DNA of 22,996 nt from an uncultured bacterium (GTDB lineage Bacteria > Hydrogenedentota > Hydrogenedentia > Hydrogenedentales > JAEUWI01): contig CAXBPH010000093.1 of assembly GCA_963977445.1 (NCBI GenBank), positions 1 to 22,996 on the forward strand, written 5' to 3'. The stretch's first letter is position 1; each line of letters opens with the position of its first letter. The notes beneath the pieces are model-generated. The model saw only the letters and a list, made by a program, of their open reading frames with translations. It ran no database searches and was not told where the DNA came from. This document shows positions 18,117 to 22,996 of this stretch, piece after piece. Position numbers and translations under genes: made by a program.

Positions 18117-18279
18117 TAGCCCTTCTTACGCCACCGAGGCTGGGTGGGACGGGTGTTCTTGGGTAGGTATCCACCGATCTGTCACCCGTCATCCTGACCT
18201 GCGGTGCGCTGGGATCGCCCAAGGTGTAGGCGTCTCCCCCCAACGTGATCCAAGAATCTGTACGAAGGAATTCATCGAC

Positions 18280-19455
18280 ATGCAGACCGCTGATCGGCTG
18301 AACAAAATCCCGCCCTATCTTTTCATGACCTTGCGCAACAAGATCAACGAGGCCAAATCACGCGGTATCGATGTGATCAGTCTTGCCATCGGTGACCCGG
18401 TTGAGTCCACGCCCCAGTCCGTCATTGACGCGCTCTGTGCAGCGGCCCAGGATCCGGCGAATCACCCTTACCCCACGGACGAAGAGTGGGGCATGTTGGC
18501 CCTGCGCGAAGCCATCGCCCGTTGGTATCAGCGCCGCTACGATGTGAGCCTGGATGCCAAGAAGGAAATTGTAGCGCTCATCGGCTCGAAAGAAGGTTGC
18601 CACCACTTCGGTATGGCGGTAATCAATCCTGGCGACACGGTGCTGGTAACCGACCCGGGCTATCCGGGCTACAAGCCCGCCATCTGGTTTGCCGGCGGCG
18701 AGCCCTATGCGGTGCCCATGCGCTCGGAAGATAACTTTCTGCCCCGCTTCGAAGACATTCCCAGCGACGTGGCCAAGAAGGCGTCCGCCTTTTTCCTGAA
18801 TTATCCGAACAACCCTACCGGTGCCGTTGCCACCCCCGAATTCCTGGCCAAACTCGTGGAATTCGCCAAGAGCAATGATATCGTCATCTGCTATGACAAT
18901 CCTTACAGCGAAGTGGTCTTTGGCGTTGATCGCCTGAGCTTTCTGAATACACCCGGTGCCAAAGAGGTGGGTGTGGAGCTGAATTCCCTCTCCAAGCCCT
19001 ACAACATGACAGGCTGGCGTATCGGTATGGCCTGCGGCAACGGCGATATCATTAAGGCCATTGCGACCTCCAAGGCCAACACGGACTCCGGTATTTTCAA
19101 CGCTGTCCAGTATGCCGGTATCGAAGCGTTGGACAACTGCGACGCCCATATCGAAACCATGCTCGAAATTTATGGCCGCCGTCGCGCGAAGATCATTGAG
19201 ACCCTGCGCGATCTGGGCTGGACCTATGATCCACCCAAAGGCGCCTTCTACCTCTGGGTGCCCGCGCCCAAGGGCTATACCTCGGCCGAATTCTGCGACT
19301 ACATGCTGGAGCAGTGCGCGGTCGTGTTGGCACCCGGTGCAGGCTACGGTGTGAATGGCGAAGGCTTCATACGCTTTTCCCTCACCGTATCCGACGAGCG
19401 ACTGGAAGAGGCGTTGACCCGTATGCGTGACAAACTTTCACCGTTTACGTTCTAA
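18280..19455 (+). CDS. dapL: LL-diaminopimelate aminotransferase (class I/II PLP aminotransferase)
   Basis: Motifs ADRLNKIPPYLF, LIGSKEG, NYPNNPTGA, SLSKPYNMTGWRIG (PLP Lys) and NTDSGIF. AAGGA RBS. The family is clear; the exact specificity is inferred. Confidence 0.8.
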   Translation: MQTADRLNKIPPYLFMTLRNKINEAKSRGIDVISLAIGDPVESTPQSVIDALCAAAQDPANHPYPTDEEWGMLALREAIARWYQRRYDVSLDAKKEIVALIGSKEGCHHFGMAVINPGDTVLVTDPGYPGYKPAIWFAGGEPYAVPMRSEDNFLPRFEDIPSDVAKKASAFFLNYPNNPTGAVATPEFLAKLVEFAKSNDIVICYDNPYSEVVFGVDRLSFLNTPGAKEVGVELNSLSKPYNMTGWRIGMACGNGDIIKAIATSKANTDSGIFNAVQYAGIEALDNCDAHIETMLEIYGRRRAKIIETLRDLGWTYDPPKGAFYLWVPAPKGYTSAEFCDYMLEQCAVVLAPGAGYGVNGEGFIRFSLTVSDERLEEALTRMRDKLSPFTF

Positions 19456-19572
19456 TCCGCCGGACCAGCGCTGCGGCGGTGGCTCGTGTCACGCTGTCTG
19501 GGAAAACGGTGTATAATTGAACTACACCTGTGGAATGAGCGTCTAATTCCTAACCTTCTGGAGAAAGTGTGC

Positions 19573-20055
19573 GTGGTTGAAGCAGCCCGCCAATTACTTG
19601 CAAATATGAGCGCATTTGGCCTGGAAATATCAAAAGAGCAGATTTGCGTAATTCCCAAGGGAACGAGCAAACGTGATGCTCTCGAATCGTTAATACTCGC
19701 AGTAGGCAGCAACCCAGCCGTGACCAATGTGGAAGCCTTTCGGGCTGCTGTGTTTGAACGGGAAGAGATTCAAAGTACCGGGCTCGGTGAGGGCATCGCC
19801 GTGCCCCACGTTCGGATTCCCGAGGTATCGGCGGCCACATTGGGTGTCGGGATTTCCCCCTCGGGAATCGAATTCGACGCCCTCGACAATCAGCCCGTTC
19901 ATGTGTTGGTATTGTTTGCCACACCGGCAGGTGCAACCAAAGAGTACCTGAGCCTTCTCGCCCAGGTCATGCTGGCGTTGCGCAACAGAGAACTCTTTGA
20001 TGCGCTGGTAAAGTGCAAAAATTCGGACGACGTCTACACCCTGCTAAACGGGTAA
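19573..20055 (+). CDS. PTS EIIA domain protein (PtsN / fructose-mannitol EIIA_2 family)
   Basis: EREEIQSTGLGEGIAVPHVR carries the phospho-His; also FDALDNQPV. Start is GTG 19573 (after GGAGA) or ATG 19606. Confidence 0.88.
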   Translation: MVEAARQLLANMSAFGLEISKEQICVIPKGTSKRDALESLILAVGSNPAVTNVEAFRAAVFEREEIQSTGLGEGIAVPHVRIPEVSAATLGVGISPSGIEFDALDNQPVHVLVLFATPAGATKEYLSLLAQVMLALRNRELFDALVKCKNSDDVYTLLNG

Positions 20056-20083
20056 AATATCGTCAATCAATACGTTAATTTAC

Positions 20084-20120
20084 AACGCGCGCAACCCCAC
20101 CCGGGTTGCGCGCGTTTCTT
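20084..20120 (+). terminator. Terminator hairpin
   Basis: Perfect 14-bp stem AACGCGCGCAACCC / GGGTTGCGCGCGTT followed by TCTT. Confidence 0.8.
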
Positions 20121-20248
20121 ATGGGTGCCGGGAAGGTGCGCCAGGTTTCACGACACGGCCACGCCGGGGTGTGTGCTATGATTAATTTTGTCGGATTCAG
20201 AATAACAGGCTTGGTTGGAACCACTCGCGTAAATGCAAAGGAGATACC

Positions 20249-21367
20249 ATGACTACGAAAAATCCACTGAAACAATTAGAATCATTCGGTCAGTCCATCT
20301 GGCTCGATTACATCCGGCGCGACCTGATTTCCAGCGGGGAGCTCGCACGTCTTATCGAAGAGGACGGACTCCGGGGCATGACCTCGAATCCGGCCATCTT
20401 TGAAAAGGCGATTGTCGATAGCGACGACTACGATAGCGAAATCAGCGCGATGGTAAAGGATGGCCAGGATGCCACCGCCATCTACGAGGCCTTGAGCCAG
20501 GAGGATGTCCGTAGTGCGGCAGACGTCTTTCGCCCCCTCTACGATTCCTCCAAGGGCGGCGATGGCTATGTGAGCCTGGAGGTCAACCCCCACCTGGCCC
20601 ACGACACCGAAGGGACCGTTGCCGAAGCCCGCCGCCTGTGGGCCGCGCTGGACCGCCCCAACGTATTCATCAAGGTGCCCGCGACACGCAATGGCCTCGC
20701 TGCCATTCGTCAAATCATCAGCGACGGCATCAACGTGAACGTCACGCTTATTTTTGGTGTGCCCCGTTACCGCGAGGTGGTCGAGGCCTTCATTGCGGGC
20801 CTGGAAGATCGGGCGGCCCAGGGAAAACCCATCGACCATATTGCGTCGGTGGCCAGTTTCTTCATCAGCCGTATTGACGCCCTCGTCGACCCGATGCTGG
20901 AGAAGCACATCGCCGCAGGCGGCCCCCAGGGCGATGAGGCGAAAAAGGCTCACGGCGAAGTCGCCATATCCAGTGGCAAAGTCGCCTTCGCCCTCTATAA
21001 AGATATTTTTGGCAGCGACCGCTTTAAGAAATTAGCGGAGCAGGGTGCACAGACCCAGCGACTCCTTTGGGCGAGCACCAGCACGAAGAATCCGGCCTTC
21101 AAGGATGTGAAGTATGTGGAAGCGCTCATTGGTCCCCACACCGTAAACACGGCCCCCATGGAGACCATCGAAGCCTACCGCGATCACGGTGAGCCGGCGG
21201 ACCGTCTTGAAGCCGGTCTGGACGCTGCCCAGGAAGTGATGGGCGGGCTGCCCCAACTGGACATCGACATCGACGCGGTGACCCAGCAGCTGGAGGATGA
21301 AGGGGTGGACAAATTCAACACGCCCTTCGACAAGTTGATGGACGCCTTGGCCGACCAGGCCACGTAG
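20249..21367 (+). CDS. tal: Transaldolase
   Basis: Motifs GQSIWLD, GMTSNPAIF, VSLEV, IKVPAT (Schiff-base Lys), NVTLIF, ASFFISR and LWASTSTKNP. AAGGAG RBS. Confidence 0.96.
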   Translation: MTTKNPLKQLESFGQSIWLDYIRRDLISSGELARLIEEDGLRGMTSNPAIFEKAIVDSDDYDSEISAMVKDGQDATAIYEALSQEDVRSAADVFRPLYDSSKGGDGYVSLEVNPHLAHDTEGTVAEARRLWAALDRPNVFIKVPATRNGLAAIRQIISDGINVNVTLIFGVPRYREVVEAFIAGLEDRAAQGKPIDHIASVASFFISRIDALVDPMLEKHIAAGGPQGDEAKKAHGEVAISSGKVAFALYKDIFGSDRFKKLAEQGAQTQRLLWASTSTKNPAFKDVKYVEALIGPHTVNTAPMETIEAYRDHGEPADRLEAGLDAAQEVMGGLPQLDIDIDAVTQQLEDEGVDKFNTPFDKLMDALADQAT

Positions 21368-21628
21368 TGACCTGATTCAACTGGATGGGGCCGTCGAACC
21401 CACGAGGAAACCCGGTTGTGCCACCCGATCGCACTCGGTTTTCAGGGCGGACAAAAGGCGACATTCCGTTGTCGGTAATCAGGCGTAATCGCTGCAAGTT
21501 CTGTAGAAAGCGTTCGGGTGCCTTGCCCCCAAAGGACGGGCGACTCGGGTAGCGCGTCACCGTAGCATAGTTTCCGCATTCCCCTCCGTGTTGGGAATAC
21601 CGGCGCGTCCAGCAACTTGGTGCGTGGC

Positions 21629-22543
21629 TTACTCGGGAGCTTTATCGGTACGAGACAAGATGGCGGCTTTGTTTTTCCGGGCTTCGGCGATTTCGTCTTC
21701 CGTCATTTTTAAGGCAATGGCATCGCGAGCGGCCTCGGCGTAGGGTTTTGTTGTTGCGGCCACGTCGAGCCACCTATAGGCCTGTATGTAATCCTTGGGT
21801 TCGGCTTCGTAGGCATAGAGGAGGCCCAAGGCATATTGGGCCCGCCCATCACTTGTCACGGCGGCCCCGTGCAGCCATACTATCGACTCAGGGATGTCCT
21901 TCTCGACGCCGAGGCCGCCCGCATAGAGACAACCGAGGCGATACTGGCCCTCGGACTTCGGAACCGCGCCCTCATCGGCTCGCTGATACCACGTGATGGC
22001 TTCATCGGGTTTGCTTCGAGAGAGGAGGGCACCCGTCCGGAGCTGGGCCGCTACATTGCCCGCGTCGGCGGCCGTTCGAAGCCACCGAAAGGCTTCGGTG
22101 GCCTCCCGGCCGACCAGCAGCATGCCCAATTTAAGTTGGGCATCCCCATGCCCCTGTGCCGCGGCGGCCGTATACCATGCGATAGCGTCATCCAAATTCT
22201 TGGCTATGCCTTCTCCATCCACACAGAGCCAGCCCAGTTTGTATTGGGCTTCTGCATGTCCCTGCTCGGCGGCGCGGTGAAACCACCGTGCGGCTTCACC
22301 GCGATCTTTGTCCACCAACGTTCCCTTCATGAAGTGCTCACCCAGCGAATATTGAGCATCGACGTCCCCCTTGGCCGCACCATCAAATTGCTTGGTGAGC
22401 GCAAAGAGCGCCTCTTCCGAGATGTCCCCGTGGATGAACTGTTTTCCCAGGGCATAGCTCGCATCGTTGACCTGCGGCTCGATACTTGCGCCAGTGCCCA
22501 GAACAATGAGGGCTATAGCCCAGATGGAAAATCGAAAGATCAT
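21629..22543 (-). CDS. Secreted Sel1-like (SLR) repeat protein
   Basis: Repeats such as AQYSLG...A.RWFHRAAEQGHAEAQYKLG, and C-terminal DYIQAYRWLDVAA. Signal peptide from ATG 22543 with GGGAG RBS. Confidence 0.92.
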   Translation of the reverse strand: MIFRFSIWAIALIVLGTGASIEPQVNDASYALGKQFIHGDISEEALFALTKQFDGAAKGDVDAQYSLGEHFMKGTLVDKDRGEAARWFHRAAEQGHAEAQYKLGWLCVDGEGIAKNLDDAIAWYTAAAAQGHGDAQLKLGMLLVGREATEAFRWLRTAADAGNVAAQLRTGALLSRSKPDEAITWYQRADEGAVPKSEGQYRLGCLYAGGLGVEKDIPESIVWLHGAAVTSDGRAQYALGLLYAYEAEPKDYIQAYRWLDVAATTKPYAEAARDAIALKMTEDEIAEARKNKAAILSRTDKAPE

Positions 22544-22755
22544 GGTTTGCTCCCGGTTGAATGTGGCCGCCGTGCCGAGCGCCTGACATATGGTTGTGGC
22601 TTTCTGGCGGGTGCAGCATAGCAACACGGCTGGAAGCCGTCAAGGCACCTGGGCCGATGGGAACCTTGATACAAAGTTGTCCTACGTGTTCTCTGACTTC
22701 TGTTTCCTGGTGAACCATTGTCTTACAAGAATAGTCAGCCATCATGAGACACACC

Positions 22756-22943
22756 ACAGGGGGTTGACCATTCCTGGTCGACACAAAGGGTACAGGAATG
22801 TTCACCGCCCCATACGGCGGATGCTCGATGACCTTGGAGACCAAAGAAAAATGCCTTGGGAGTATATGCCACCGGCCCCATATTACGTGCCTTTTAAAAA
22901 TCGGCGTGGGCCTTATGTTGACCAGAAATGGTCAACCCCCTGT
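22756..22943. repeat. REP-like inverted doublet, family 2
   Basis: 22756-22783 ACAGGGGGTTGACCATTCCTGGTCGACA and 22916-22943 are inverted copies (26/28 identical). Each contains the internal palindrome GTTGACCA-N4-TGGTCRAC. 132-bp spacer. Confidence 0.75.
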
Positions 22944-22996
22944 TGGTGTCGTCCCAAAGGCGGAGACTTCTGTGGTGATCGGTGGCTATTTATTCA

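Noticed and set aside
8149..22621. Long antisense ORFs (e.g. 8149-9084, 11708-12496, 13792-14637, 16321-17436, 18358-19149, 20282-20953, 21836-22621)
   Set aside because: Shadow ORFs opposite well-supported genes, as expected from codon bias in GC-rich DNA.
22756..22943. Retron msr-msd or IscB omegaRNA
   Set aside because: No reverse transcriptase or IscB/TnpB gene in the window, and the self-palindromic arms fit REP elements better.

Overview
Bacterial DNA of moderately high GC. The gene mix (PEP-CTERM protein, DUF1080, Tat-exported hydrolase, planctomycete-style integrase and REP-like repeats) suggests a PVC-related or Hydrogenedentota-like organism; this is inference only. The left end has a tyrosine integrase directly downstream of a complete tRNA-Val(TAC), both on the minus strand, which marks the edge of an integrative element running off the window. 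A perfect 37-bp copy of the tRNA 3' end lies 1.36 kb away (2944-2980) in INVERTED orientation, on the side opposite the integrase, followed by a terminator. Between the copies are the tRNA promoter, the tRNA 5' half and a DUF347/COG4705 membrane gene. This geometry would allow an inversion that rebuilds an intact tRNA in either orientation, and it is the best candidate for a novel system. The remaining genes are an HGSNAT/NagX-like acyltransferase, a membrane Ser/Thr kinase fused to an ELWxxDGT-repeat ectodomain, several secreted hydrolases, a PEP-CTERM protein behind a long structured leader, a LysM-like amidase, a dapL-like aminotransferase with a structured leader, PTS EIIA, transaldolase and a Sel1-repeat protein. 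Two different REP-like inverted doublets are also present. All calls are by eye; no database search was run.
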